A stretch of DNA of 57,716 nucleotides, counting the filler, from Sphacelaria rigidula (lineage: Eukaryota), in assembly GCA_964200075.2 (NCBI GenBank). It is 8 parts of 8 records of this genome, joined end to end, with 100 filler letters (N's around TTAATTAATTAA, not from the genome) between each part and the next. Parts side by side here need not be neighbours in the genome. Positions count along the whole stretch, not along the records: positions 36,136 to 43,262 come from CAXNAA020016356.1; positions 43,363 to 50,489 come from CAXNAA020016357.1; positions 50,590 to 57,716 come from CAXNAA020016358.1; 5 more parts are not named here. One strand, 5' to 3'. This document shows positions 38,960 through 52,004 of this stretch, piece after piece. The stretch's first letter is position 1, and each line of letters starts with the position of its first letter. Position numbers and translations under genes: made by a program. The notes beneath the pieces are model-generated. The model was not told the DNA's origin. It saw only the letters and a program-made list of their open reading frames with translations, and did no database searches.

Positions 38960-39875
38960 AACTTCCATCTGAGATATCAGATGCACCAGGATGTCCATCT
39001 GGAATGTTGCATCCATCCGAGATATCATATCGACCTGAAAACGTTATCGCCTGAATCTATCTGTGATATCCATATGTGATATCCATCTGGGCTATCCGTC
39101 TGGGATGTCTATCTGGGACGCTATATCCATGTTGGATATCCGTCTGAGATATGGACATCGTTCTGGGATATCGTATCCATCTGGGATATTCATCTAGGAT
39201 CTTCATCTGAGGGATATGAACGTCCATCTCGGGCGTCAATCTGGCATGTCTATCTGGAATGTCCACATGGTTTTTCTATGTGGGACATCAGATCCATATG
39301 GGACGTTAATTTGTCTCATTTCATAATTCTTATCGTCTCCCTTCTTCGGGACGAGTCCGTAGTCTCAAGGCATCGCCCATATCTCCCTCAGCCCACACCT
39401 CACATCCCGGTATCACGGCACCACCGCGCCACGTCGACTCTCGTCAAAATGTAAAATCTCAAGTGTCTCACGTGAGGTCTCCACTGCTGCGGAGAAAAGA
39501 TGTTTTTCAGGAAGAAAAAAAAGTGGTATACACCTGTCGGGATCCAAACCCTCACTCTTTGGTTTCAACAACTCCTCGGCGTGCCAGTTATACCACCGCG
39601 GCGCGGCACCATATGAACATGAGATATCCCAGATGGATACCCACCTGTAATATGGACATCCACCTGAGATACTTGACTCTAACCCAACCGCTGCCCCTAA
39701 ACCTGACCGTCATTCCTGAGGTAGAACATCCCACGTGGATGCCCCACGTAGATGGGAGATCCTAGATGGATATCGCGGATGGATATCCAACATGAGCGGA
39801 GAAGTTACGTATGTTCATATCGTAGATGCATACCCCAGCAGGGTATGATGTCCCAGATCGATATCCCAGGTGAGG
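38960..39875. repeat. Degenerate GGATATCCATCT-motif arrays in opposite orientations, interrupted by a SINE
   Basis: (GG)ATRTCCATCT(GG) variants at 38960-39300 and the complementary (CC)AGATGGAYAT variants at 39615-39875. Confidence 0.6.
39301..39608 (-). mobile_element. tRNA-derived SINE family 2, copy
   Basis: Minus-strand head GTGCCGCGCCGCGGTGGTATAACTGG...GGTTTGGATCCC. Body is homologous to 26889-27200. Flanked by CCATATG at 39294-39300 and 39609-39615. Confidence 0.7.
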
Positions 39876-40064
39876 ATGTTGTACGACAATGCGATACCGT
39901 ACAACTTCAGCATTGCTGCCCTGCTGCGTTTCCCGCTCCATCATATCTATTTTTGTTTCTGGGTTCGTCTTTGTTATCTTCATCTTCTGCCCCCCCCTTC
40001 TTTTTCTCGCCATTTGTTACCTCTGCCTTCCTCGTCCTTCAGCTTTTCTTGACTGTTTTCCTTA

Positions 40065-40323
40065 GAGTGATGCTACGGTAGGGGTGCACAAATATTTTCT
40101 GAGGTTAAAATTGTGACGAGCCCTTGATCTCGTGCAAAACACCACTTATGAAAATATGTTAAAGTGCGCCAGGATTACTACTTCAATGTGCTGGGGACAT
40201 CCCGAATACATTTGCAAATGGGAATGCCCTGACCCATATTCTTGTGCATCTAGGATCGTTAGGAGCCCCCCTGAGCTAGACAATATTTCGCGAAAAAACT
40301 GTACCTCTACCGTAGCATTGCTC
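40065..40323 (-). mobile_element. MITE family B (Sola-like), copy
   Basis: GAGTGATGCTACGGTAGGGGTGCAC ... CTACCGTAGCATTGCTC; flanks CTTA and TTAT. Confidence 0.8.
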
Positions 40324-40464
40324 TTATCTCCTTTTTTGTACGGTGTTCTGATATCACGCGACGGGGGTTCCCGGGACCGGTAACAGTTCTTGGCCTGCTA
40401 TTTTCTTGTTTTCTATGTTCCCTCAATTCCTTTCTTTTGGTTCAGCTCACTCAGTTTGTTGTAT

Positions 40465-40721
40465 GAGCAATGCTGCGGTAGGGGTGCACTTTTTTCGCGA
40501 AATTTTGTCTGATTCAGGGGCTCCTAACGATTCTAAATGTACAAGAAAATGGGTCAGGGCATCCCCGTTTGCAGATTCATTCGGGATATCCTCAGCACAT
40601 TGTAATAGTAATCCTGGCGTACTCTTGCATCTTTTCATAAGTCGTGTTTTGGATTAGATAAAGGGCTCCTAACGATTCTAACCTCAGAAAATATGTGTGT
40701 ACCCCTACCCTAGCATCACTC
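40465..40721 (+). mobile_element. MITE family B (Sola-like), copy
   Basis: Same TIRs; flanked by GTAT on both sides. Confidence 0.85.
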
Positions 40722-40812
40722 GTATCTGCCTTTTCCTATATACTTCCCGTCTCGAGTTTGCGTCAGCGATTCTTTCGTATTTCTACTTCTCAAGTGTACA
40801 TCTATTTTTTTA

Positions 40813-41124
40813 GGGTCTTGCTATTTACGTCAAAGTTGACGTAATCTGTTACATCCGTCAACGTTCAGCATCCGTCCCGCAAGCCCCGCATGGACACAGC
40901 AACACATGGAAAACACTCACACAGTCTCTAGCTATCGTTCAAGCCATCGCACGGAGCAAACGGACCCGTAACGGATGAGATAGATACATGCATGATGCAT
41001 GGTGGCATGCCACAAGAGTGCTCCCTCTGCGGGGCTTCTGTGTCCATGCGGGGTTTGTGGGACGGATGCTGAACGTTGACGGATGTAACAGATTACGTCA
41101 ATGTTGACGTAAGTAGCAAGACCC
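40813..41124. mobile_element. Mutator-type MITE
   Basis: ~87-bp near-perfect TIRs beginning GGGTCTTGCTA. The 9-bp flanks ATTTTTTTA and ATTTGTTTA match at 8/9. Long G-starting TIRs with a 9-bp AT-rich TSD are MULE hallmarks. Confidence 0.8.
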
Positions 41125-43262
41125 ATTTGTTTATCACGGCTAGGTTCGTGACGAATCAGTCAATAGACTACAACCAATCAACGAATCAACTAGCATCAGC
41201 GGTAGTGATACTGGGGAAGTACTTTGCCTGGCGGCTGCTTTTCAACGCGAGCATGGGAAGACAGAAGTGCAAGACCACGACGCACACATGAAACACGGCG
41301 GACAGAGGTCTATGCGTTTGATGTGCCTAGAACCCAGCCGTGGCAACAAGAGAGAGGTAGCCGAGGTGACTACAGCACACAGATGTGATTGCTGAAGAAA
41401 CTCGAGAAAAGGAGGGGAACGAAAAAAACATTGACGGAGAAGACGACAAAATATGAATCAATTTCCTCGCCGATTTGGCATTGTGAAAAGGGGCCATGAC
41501 TCAATACCTACTGCGGCTAGGCGTACTATCATGTTCGCCGACATTTCACCGCACACATCGCGCCCAGTGGCTCGCCATTGGATTGAGGATGCAGCGTTAC
41601 AGAGCAGAAGGAAAATGTTGTCGTAAATAGGCGTCTGGCGGCGCCATGACTTGTCTGACGACGAGTACGCACGCGCACAACCGGGCGCGGACTGCCAAAA
41701 CCGAACGTTGTTGACATCAAAGCAGTTACCAGAGGTTCTCGTTCACCATACCAGAGCACACCAAATCGTGAACGATGCGGGTCATGGACGACAACCCTGG
41801 GGGACGAAAACGACACCTCATGCTTTAGGGGGGCGGTACACGATAGCAACTGCTTGATTCAACCATTGCGTCATCAGCACCCGGGATCCGCAAGGTGTAC
41901 AACTCACGCGTCTGCTTCGGACATTCGCATTGGAGGGCGGGCGGCTCCTGCAGCACACCACATCGCGAGGATCGAGAATGTTTTTTCCGATGACATTCCG
42001 CATTGGCAACGTGGTCATATTCAGACATACCTGCACGTTTCTGCGCCCCAGACGACATCGGCATGAGGTGAATTTTGATCTGAAGGTTGCAAGGGTGGGG
42101 TTAATAATGATTCGTCTGAAAATCACTTGGTTTAGATCTGGTTGATTCAAATCGTACGAATCAACCCCTAGGCTTTATTTTCAGCGTTGCAACGCAGGTA
42201 CACGCAGCCCAGACACGTGGAATGGCGCAAAAGTTGCGTGGATACCCCTTGGACCAGCGGTCAACTTTTTCTCCCTTTTGGGGTAAACAGGCCGAAGAAA
42301 TCGTGGATTTGGTGATTCGTAGTCGTGATGATTCGTCCTAACCGTGAAAGGTTGTGGAGATTTGTGCCGTGGTCTTCAAAATGTTCCCGCACAGGTCGGA
42401 GTCGCGCCGTCGACTTTGCCACATACAGTGGGGATTGGACGTTGGGTGGGCTACAGGTGGCGGAGTAACCCCCGGTGATAACTCATGAAATCTTGATCTT
42501 GGGAACTGTAGCGGCTATGTCACGTGAGGCCACACGCCGCCAGAAATTTACGCCTTTAAAAAGATGTCGAGGCGAGGTTGATATCGATCAATAAAAGAAA
42601 TATCGGGAGTGCGGGCCGTTTACTCCTCTAGATGATCTACTGTTCAAAACCTCCTATATCTACATACACGATACCACCCGTTGGTCCAACCCCTCACCAC
42701 TCCCCACCCATCGCCAACGCATTCGTGGGTGTTTCTCTAAAATAGACAAAAGATTGAGAGGCACGGTAGCACGAAGTTCACAATCCAATAGTCAGCGCTT
42801 CCCAACAGAATGAGAACTGCAAGTATCTACTCTCACACTATATACAGCGAGTGCAGTTCCCCCCACTGCCCGAGGTTTTCCGCCAGAAGCCCACCGCGGT
42901 CAGGTTAAGTGCGCGAGATACATCGCTGTAACCTCACGGAGGAGAGGCCAGGGTAACGGCATTTCTGTTGACCTGCGCAACAAAAAAGTGCAACAAGAGC
43001 GCCAAATTCGTTGAGCCAAGCGGGTGATAAATAACAATAGTAGCAGCAAGAGAAAATACAACGCCTCACGAGCATGCAAGTATAGAGGCCCACGCCGAGT
43101 GTGCGCCGGCGGAAGAACTGGTCAACACTGGGGCCGTCGTGACAGAGCAAGGGGAGCGTGTTGGTGAGAAAGGGTGGGTTGGGGATGGGGGGGGGGGGGG
43201 GGGGACGCGCCCCTTTTTTTCTTTCCTCTGTCGGTTTCCCCCTTACCCCCCCTTTCTCCTGG

Positions 43263-43362
43263 NNNNNNNNNNNNNNNNNNNNNNNNNNNNNNNNNNNNNN
43301 NNNNNNTTAATTAATTAANNNNNNNNNNNNNNNNNNNNNNNNNNNNNNNNNNNNNNNNNNNN
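43263..43362. other. Artificial contig linker
   Basis: N44-TTAATTAATTAA-N44. Confidence 0.98.
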
Positions 43363-45379
43363 GCTAGGTAGGGGTGGTTGGTAAACACGAATTCTCAAAA
43401 AAAAAAACTCAAAACAAATCTCAAAACTGGGCCAAACTGGGCATATTTTTTACTTTATTCTAGTATCGACAACCGGCTTTCTTCCTTTTTTTTGCCATCA
43501 GCTTCGTTGAGACTTCATCTTTCCAACGAACCTAACTATAGGATGATCGGAAAAGTACAAGTGCGCAAACAATTACACGCCCATAACTCCCCAGACTTAT
43601 GGGACAGAGCAAGTATGTGCATGCTACCCCACGACTTGATGGGTCGTACCGCACGTTTGTAAGGGATAAATAATATTTGCACGGTAAAGCACAGGGTGAA
43701 GTAGGCACGCCCCGGTTGGCAAAACGGTACTCCACCACAGTGGGCGGGGGACGTCACTTCACTACTGGAGCACTTGCAGCACCTTGTTGTCCCCTAGGCA
43801 CATAAGTGGTGGCGTGATGTTCGCCATTTCCGGCTGTCACTCAACAGTCGCAAGTGGTGACAGCTCCCACATTATTCGCCGCAGCCACAAAAAAAGGTGC
43901 CACCCCTGACCCAGTACAATGATGGTTGGGAATGCTACCCACTATTTCTGGCACAGTAAGTCGATCATTGGCAGCGCCAGCGACAACACCTTTCACGGCA
44001 TGCTGTCTAGCGATGACCCGTGAAGTGGTGCTGCTCCAACTCCTTCAAACTCACGATTCAGCGTCCAATCTCGGGGGCGAGCTTGGTATCCATGTGCCCA
44101 GCAACAACTCCCTCACCAACATAGTGATGCCGCCAAACGCCCCCAGCGACTCCAAGGTTTCCGCGGTCGTTTGCTTGAACGCATCGTCAAGCGGCGATCC
44201 GATCGTGAAGACCGACAGTACCGGACTTTTCGACCTTTGAGGTTCGTCTATGAGTGTCAACGCGACGCGTGTAGTCCCGACAAATATGACAGAGAATCCT
44301 GAGCTCGGTTGTTCGTCCTCTCGTACAGAGGGAGTGTGCGCACTGTAGATGTTGGCGAAGTTGATGATGCTCGCCTGTTTCTCCGCCACAGCTTACTGTT
44401 CGATGCAGTGCTCGTCACCATTATTCGTGGTCTTGTGCTTGAAGCACCACTCTGACTGGTGCCTTCCTTCTCTCGAGTGTATTTATTTCAATATGTGACG
44501 CTGTACCAGTCGGTGCCGCCGATGTTCTAGACATACGTCGCGATGGTGTCTCCACTTGTCGCTGGGGTCGCCATTCGTCACCGGCATGGCTGCGTCGCGA
44601 AAGGGGAGAGTCTAGACTCTACCGCTTGTCAGTCTATTGTTACAGCCGGAAGTTCTCATTCCGAAAAATACTTTCTTGAGAGGAATAGATACGTATAGGA
44701 AAAACCCTCGGGAGCGGTATGGTGAATTAGGACGTAGGAAGCCAAACCGTCAACAAATTGCTGTATGCTTCGAGAAGCCAAGCACGAGAGAATTGACGAC
44801 AGAACCCTCCCGCCTTCCTCTCTACATGGTTACCTTCTCCTCTGGACTTCAATAGACCATGGTTCCTTGCCAATCCTTGTTGGTTGCGCACAACCGTCCT
44901 GTGGACATCAATCTTTGCTTGCACAGCAGTGAACAGCTATCCCGGCAGCATAGCCCTTTGGCCCCCTGGGGGGTATTCTTCACTCTCCGAGTGAAAATGA
45001 TGCCGATTCAAACATGCCCCACCCTGGCGGTCGCAGGGTCAACGTGTGCCCGCGTAAGCCTTCTGCGATGACCGGTGGATGTAAAAATGCCCATCCATAA
45101 CAATTATATTCACTAGTCTATCATTATGCTGGGTGTACAAGAGCGTACTTTCTTGGCTGTGCGGTTGTCCGCGACTTGATCGGAGGGGCGGACACGCGGC
45201 AACGAAAACATGGTATTTACCACCCCTGCCCGCGGCGCAATGCACTTTTTCGGCGCACCCCTCTTTACAAGTATGATATACCAGCGAGATAGCATACGTG
45301 TTGTACCCTATACAAGTGAATAAGTTATTACCGAAACCCAAACCCGAGCCCCAGCCCCAGCCAGGAACAGGTGTTTCAC

Positions 45380-45548
45380 CTGTGTTTGCTCCCGTTACGA
45401 TGACGACGCGGTCAGAGAGGTCAACATCAGGCATGACAGGAATCTTCAAAACTCCAGTTGCTTTTAAAGCTGCTTCGAACGGGCTCACAATTGCCTTCCA
45501 CATCACCGCAAGCGGCATAAGAATAGCAGAAGAGGATGGAGGCATCAT
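45380..45548 (-). CDS. Short-chain dehydrogenase/reductase (retinol dehydrogenase/WWOX-like), first exon only
   Basis: MMPPSSSAILMPLAVMWKAIV...PDVDLSDRVVIVTGANTG, followed by a GTGAAA donor within the TGxxxGxG Rossmann motif. No exon 2 found before the contig end. Confidence 0.75.
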
Positions 45549-47416
45549 GACACTGCTGCTTCACGATTGCCACCACAGCACGTGCCTGTGATGCAAGTAT
45601 CCGCCCTCTCTGCGCAGCAAGAACAGGAGGGATATCAGTTCGAAATATGACGAGAACCAGTTCGGTTCTCATTGAAACGGTTCTGTATGAATGCTGTGCG
45701 ATCCAGGTAGGCCCCGGCCGCTCAGGCACGCATCGTGCAAATGTGTGAGGCTCGCCGTAGGCGAGAAATCAGACATGCCTGACACCCATGTTCATATCTG
45801 ACAGTTTAAATCCTCGCCTGATCGGTGAGGGCCTAGATCCGTGAATCAATCCCGCCGCACATTCCACGTAGTGGTCCAGGAGGTGGCGATGCAGCCCTTG
45901 TGGTATGAAGATCGTTATCGGTCGTGCGTTCACGTATTCCACCTGTCATATTCGAGAGTCGAGAGCACGCCAGGCTTATTGTGGCAGTTCAGGACTGCAA
46001 ATGAATGCTTCGATCCAGGAAATGATCACTCAACTACACGACGTAAATAGGACTTGATAAGATGGTGTGGCTACATGCGGCGGCCGAAAGTGGTCTTCGG
46101 TTCCTCCTGAGGAAGGTCGCTGCCTTAACCCTGTTGCCATATGATATCGTATCTTCTCCCTCGATCTATAGAGTAAGGATTTCCCGTGAGCCGGGGATTT
46201 AGGGCGCCAGCCAGAGTTGTAGAATGACCCCCCGCACTCACGGCAACTACAATAACATGATGAGTGAGCCCTTACCACCCTAGCACTGGATATGAATATC
46301 GTTTACTCTGTCTATACCCGAGGAGGAGGCAGAAGTAACGAAAAACTGTGGACGAAAACACTCAATCGTCGGTCACCCTGCAGTTTTGCCGCTGTGAATG
46401 TGGATTGGGTGGTAACTGAATGCACTGCTACACTAACGGGATATATGCGTCATGGTCCTACTTACACAAGCTGAACACGCACACACATCATCCATGGCAG
46501 TAGGTGTGGGCGCCGAAGCCCTCGACGCAATCAGGAAAGGAACGGGACTGCAATGCCAATCTAAGCTTGCTTGTTGATGGAGCAGATCACAAGTACCGCG
46601 GTAGTTCTGTATGCTCCCTGGTCAAGCCTCGAGTGATGGTCCACCGGCACTGAGATCGCATCTTTGCTGGCATTATTATCCCAGCTCTCCACCTCCCCCT
46701 TGATATGACGATTTCCAAGTGTCGAGGGATCAATCCTGTCACCCACTAAAAATCTCACTTCGGTACATGCCCTACACTCTGTTACCGAGCATAGGATCGG
46801 CACTCCCCCAGCTTGTCCAATTTTATCGTATTCACCACTTTTGCCGAGTCAGTCTCTTCTGCAGGTTGCTCGAACGGCAGATATCCACAATGACTACCGA
46901 TGTTGAGATTTAAACTGACGAAATCCGCTCAAACAAACTAACAAGTCAAGATCGAGCTACGTCGTCTACTGGAAGATGCGATTTCGCCACACATTGTGCC
47001 CGTGCTTGAGAGATATGATTTTAGGGCTTGTTGTACGCAACCTTTTTTTCGGCATGTGATGATGCTTGTATGTGAGACATTGGGACAGACGGTATCAATT
47101 GATAGCTGCGACGATCAAGGACGTCCCGCCCGCCGAGATCGAAATTAGCCTGCTTCTGACAGAGGTGCGTTTTTTAACACGTAATTTCGTCGACATGTGG
47201 TAGCGCCTGATGGAGAGAAGCACTAAACACTGTTGCTATGGCTACAATGGCAGCGAGGGAAGCAGACAGAATGAACAGAACAGCATCGTCGGGTGTAAGC
47301 TCGACCGTGACAGGAATTGACCCGATATATTTGTTCGGAGAACGTCGCAACCAAAATCCATCTGCGCACCTATCTCAGATTCAGTTCGCATAATTTCACA
47401 GTACGGCGACGTGGCC

Positions 47417-47780
47417 GGTCGCCCCGGTGGCTCAGTTGGTAACTTCGGAACCTCCCGACGGTTGAGTTGTGGGTTCAAATCTCGGAGCGATCTGGGATTT
47501 TTTCTCACACCATGTCCAACACAGTGGAGAGCGACTTAGTCGTGAGTACACAAAATTCGATTCAACGGTCGACGAGGGAAAGGGACTGCTGAAGCCCTCT
47601 CGCGATAAAAAATAGAGGCAAGCACCGTAGAAGGGAGGTGGGGTACTGAAAACAAATAAAAAAGAAAAAGCACCCGTGTTGGCCTTCCTCCTGTGTGACC
47701 CCACCTGATGCGCCGACGTATACCGAAAGGTGTAGACCGGCGTGGAGAATAGGTGGGACGACAACACACACGCACAACAC
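47417..47780 (+). mobile_element. tRNA-derived SINE family 1, full-length copy
   Basis: A box TGGCTCAGTTGG at 47428-47439, B box GGTTCAAATCT at 47472-47482, conserved body, ACAACACACAC tail. Confidence 0.85.
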
Positions 47781-47829
47781 AGCGATGTGCGAAGCGGGGG
47801 TCACAGCGACATGCGTACTTGCTCAACAA

Positions 47830-48420
47830 CGGCTGCGCCCTGGCTGTCTCATGGTAAACTGATACCGTCAGGTCGGGGGAAAATGGGTTCGGTCCCCCCC
47901 GCAGATGCTTTTGGCTTCGATATTCTCTGCCGAGCATCTGATTTCCATTCTTGAGAGCGCGAGGACCTGAGCACTATAGCAAAAACAAATTGTTCTGTCT
48001 GACAAGCAATGCTACGGGTAGGGGTGCACTTCTTGCGCAAAATCTCGTCTAGTTCAGGGACTCTCCACGATTCTAGATGCACGAGAGTATGGTTTAGGGC
48101 ATCCCAGTTTGCAAATCCATTTGGAATATTCCAAGTACATTGGAAGAGTAATACTGAGGGACTCTCACATATTTCATAACTCGTGTTTTGGATTAGATAA
48201 AGGGTTCCTAACAATTCCAATCTTGGAAAATATTTGTGCACCCCTACTGTAGCATCGTTCTGAGCTTGACGAGAGTCGACGCGATGTGGGGAGTGTTGGT
48301 CGTGATCCAGTCCATGATACCAAGAGGTGAGGCGTGTAACGGAGGGGAGATGGGTTGATCTCTTCACACCACGAACGCACCGCGAGGAAGGGGGGAGTTC
48401 AAGTGTGGCGAAAGACAAAA
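47830..48420 (+). mobile_element. Diverged SINE family 2 copy interrupted by a family-B MITE
   Basis: 47830-48003 resembles the head and 48261-48420 the 3' body of 26889-27200. Confidence 0.6.
48004..48260 (+). mobile_element. MITE family B (Sola-like), copy
   Basis: Diverged TIRs; flanks TGAC and TGAG. Confidence 0.75.
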
Positions 48421-49313
48421 CGTAGCTGCAATCTGGCAAAAAAACGCTAACAGGGAGAGCATGTTGCCGACGCGCTTCCGGTTTGTCATCATGGTGCAAC
48501 CGCATCACCGCCGCACGGAAACACCCTCAACTTACCCGGAAGCCACGCCCTGTTCAGGGTTTACGCGGCTTAAACAACAATTCTGCTTGGACATGGGTAC
48601 TCCTACTACGTTATCTTGAAGACTGCCAACACTCCTGACCGAGTACAGTAGCGCGGGCGAGGCAGTTCGGACAAGCGCCAGTAGCGACATGTCTTACGGA
48701 CCCCAGCCGCCTCAGCTGAGCGCAACCGGAGGGGCGATGGCGAGGAGCCCCCGAGTCATGAATCAAATTGTGGCAGCTAGACGAGCCATGTCCTCTTTTC
48801 CGCCACGGCACGCTGTAGAAACCAGATAGGTCACGAATACCCAGCGTCACGGGGTCCCCTTGGCACGTTTCTGAAATACGTCAATGACCTGATGCGGATT
48901 GGTGTTCCAGCAAACCAAGTTCTTAAAGTGCGCGACACAACCCCGCGTTTGATGTTGTGGGATCTAGACCGCTAAAACAGCCACATAGAGTGGACGACAG
49001 AAGACTACACGGATACGCTCGATTTCACTCCACCGTCAATATCCAGAGAGAAGGAGAAATTGGCCTGCGCTTCTGCAGTCCCTGGGGGTGTTACCGTCCT
49101 ATCTGTGCTGTGTATATTGAGCCCCCTTTTCCTTCCCGCCACCAAGTCGTATACAGTATGGGATTACGTATCCAGACGCACTCACCATCATGAGCCTACT
49201 TTGATACAATTCAGCATTTTTTAGAGTAGCATCGAGGCTGCACTTAAGTCAAATTTCGTCCAAGATAGCAACCATGAGAAACAAGACATCAAGACTGAAA
49301 GGTAAACTCACTG

Positions 49314-49944
49314 TCACAATTCACTACGCCCCTCGCTGCCGTTACTATCACGATGTTCATGATGGCGGCCCAACAATCGCACCAGCCACTGCATGTACCC
49401 GGGAGCGGCAGGATCATTGGTACTAACGGCGCTATCGTTCCCATCAGCGATTTCGTGTATCACAACCGTAGGACTGCTTCCAGACTTGCCGGCGATGGCA
49501 GCAGTGCCGTTATCCTGCCAGCCCGTCGGGTTGGTTCCTGTTTTTCTTGCAGTCGACGCTGTACCACTTCCGCCTGATGCATCCGTCGTCGAAGCAGCAG
49601 CAACAACGGCACGATGTGTCGCAGAAATACCAGCGACGGCGTCCAATGGTGGCGTGGTGCGTCGCGAAGACGCACTGCTGTCTACCGTACCATTTTGGTC
49701 CCCCTCCTCTCCCAAAACCGAAGACGAGAGCGCTTTCAAAGGCGCCAAGTCGTCCACGAAATAGTAGCCAGCGCTGGCGAAGAGAACAAGCACGGCGGAC
49801 AGCGGGAAAAGGCTACTACCGCCGCCGTTCCCGAATCCAGCCCCAGCGCGTGATGACCCCCCGCCCGTTCGCTGCGCGTTTGATACTGATACGGTCGTTT
49901 TCCCGAGAATCTCTATCGCCGCCGCGTCGCCTGCCGCGGCACGT
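49314..49944 (-). CDS. Terminal exon of an unknown protein with one hydrophobic helix and a Ser/Thr/Ala/Gly-rich tail
   Basis: A pyrimidine tract and AG (49946-49945) precede ~210 open GC-rich codons. Hydrophobic stretch LFPLSAVLVLFASAGYYFV. Confidence 0.55.
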
Positions 49945-50489
49945 CTTAAGTTGCGGAAAGGCGGGGGGGGGGCACGAGGGTGGGACGTAGTAGGGATGGG
50001 GTTTGGACCATGCACACAACATGGTATGGAACGATCCGCACACTGTCTGGGTCGAAGGGTGACTCAATGTTTTTTTTTCGGGGGGGGGAGGGGCTCTGAT
50101 TGCACGAAGTAAACGGGTTCGTGGGTGTAGATCTCACACGATTTGTGCGTTTGCACGTGGTTATAAACGTCGTAAAGCGGGTTGAAGACGGTGTGTTGTG
50201 TTGGTACCGAGAGTATTCAAGTGAAACTTGCTGCTTTCAGTAGAACTTCGAAGTACCTCCCTCCTACACGTAAGAAGTGTCTGGGAACATCCCCGTCCCC
50301 CTCCGAAGCCTGGTCCGGTGAAAACCCGGCGTGCTCCGTACCGTTGTAGGGATGCGAGGTCAATGGCTATATGAATATGGGACGCATGATCATGAGTACA
50401 CCCTCGTCGGTCCGTCTCGAAAGGGATGCGTGGTCAATGGTCAAACGACTAAGGCAAGCAAGAAATGAGTACGCCAACCACAACACCAA

Positions 50490-50589
50490 NNNNNNNNNNN
50501 NNNNNNNNNNNNNNNNNNNNNNNNNNNNNNNNNTTAATTAATTAANNNNNNNNNNNNNNNNNNNNNNNNNNNNNNNNNNNNNNNNNNNN
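50490..50589. other. Artificial contig linker
   Basis: N44-TTAATTAATTAA-N44. Confidence 0.98.
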
Positions 50590-50781
50590 GCAAAATCTTC
50601 ACGTAAATCGAATTGGGAAAAGCCGAGCACAACGAGAAGCCGGAAATTCCCACGCTTGGGTTCGTTCTAGCCAATGCCGCCAATACGAGGCGCTTCATGC
50701 ACCCTGAACCCGAACATCAGGCGCTGTATGGTAATTTTTTCGTGACACTTTCCGCTGGTTTTGGGGGGGGGCTATCGTAGA
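50590..50781 (-). mobile_element. MITE family D, truncated copy
   Basis: Collinear with 36745-36941. Confidence 0.75.
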
Positions 50782-52004
50782 TGGTCCCGGCTGTGCTTTG
50801 TGCGACCGCTAGGCCTGAGTCCTTCGTGCCGGCATAATTTCTAGCATAATCTGGAATAATTCGTCTTTTTTGCCCGAATTAGCATACGAGCATAATGCCA
50901 GCATGATCAGGGCTGAGCTAGCATAATCCCCCGTTTAGCGGCATAATCCGGTAGCAGCATAAAAACCGATACGACTATTATTCCGGTTGTTTTGGTTGTT
51001 TTACATGGGGGAGGCAGCACACCCTACCTAGCATTTTGGGTAGCGCCAGTTAGACACTGTAGATCTGCGGGGGTGTTTTTCGTTGCGAGGAGGTGGCGGA
51101 GGCAGTACATTGAGGATATCAGAAAACGACAATTAATTAAAGAAAATGAACAGGATCCGGTCGGCCAGAAATATAAGAACACTCGAAATCAGAAAAAACA
51201 CAACAGCTTATTATTACTATGCTGGTGTTTGGACCCGAAGTAAGACCTTGGGCCTCAACCCCTAATTGACGTTTCTTATCTCCGGGCCGCAACTGTATTG
51301 AGAACAGCGTGCCCAGCATAATCACGACCAGCATCCCCCGACCGCTCATCAGTGTACCATCACTATCATCGCCGCTGTTCGAGCCATGATTCGGCACGTA
51401 TATGTTGTAGAAGAACTGGGAGCACACATTTCATCCGAAACGAAAGAAGTGCTTCCGTAATCTTGAACGAATTCTGCAGCATACGCATCATGTAGCAGGA
51501 TATCCGGAAATATGGGAACGATATTTCCTTTGGGAACGAAGTGAGGCCGAAATCCTAGAAAATACAAGACATTGACATGTTGTGCCCCCGAATTGCGCCT
51601 TTTTTTGGTGGTGCTATATGCTAACATTATACCATTCGGGAGCACCACAACATGCGAGCGAGTATACGCGCAGAGTTTCGACTTTGCTCCCGTCCGAAAC
51701 TCGCGCTCAATATTTTCCAGGATTCGCCGTTATGGATGTGACTGAAATCACCACCATCATCAAGAATACACTATGATATGAGAAATGATTTTTGTGCTGC
51801 GGACCCTGTATCCGTAGAAAGATCAGCAAATACCCCCGCGAAATTGATTCGGATCATCGCGCTCTCCAGATATAGTCAAGAGTAAAATGAGGAATGAATA
51901 CGAGCTGGGCCAGCGTAATAACGGATTTAAGCTCTAGAAGCAATATCTCATCGACACAGACGAGTTGAGCCGTGATCCGTATATATCAATAGTATTAATA
52001 GCCA

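Noticed and set aside
43700..44400. Second SDR exon or a separate gene
   Set aside because: No GIG..TA continuation found; frames are broken and no family is recognisable.
47421..47490. tRNA gene (also at 26895-26965)
   Set aside because: No convincing acceptor stem, and always attached to the same repeat body; these are SINE heads.
7128..50589. Regularly spaced TTAATTAATTAA palindromes as a CRISPR-like or recombination-site array
   Set aside because: Each is embedded in identical N runs at an exact period; this is a synthetic linker.
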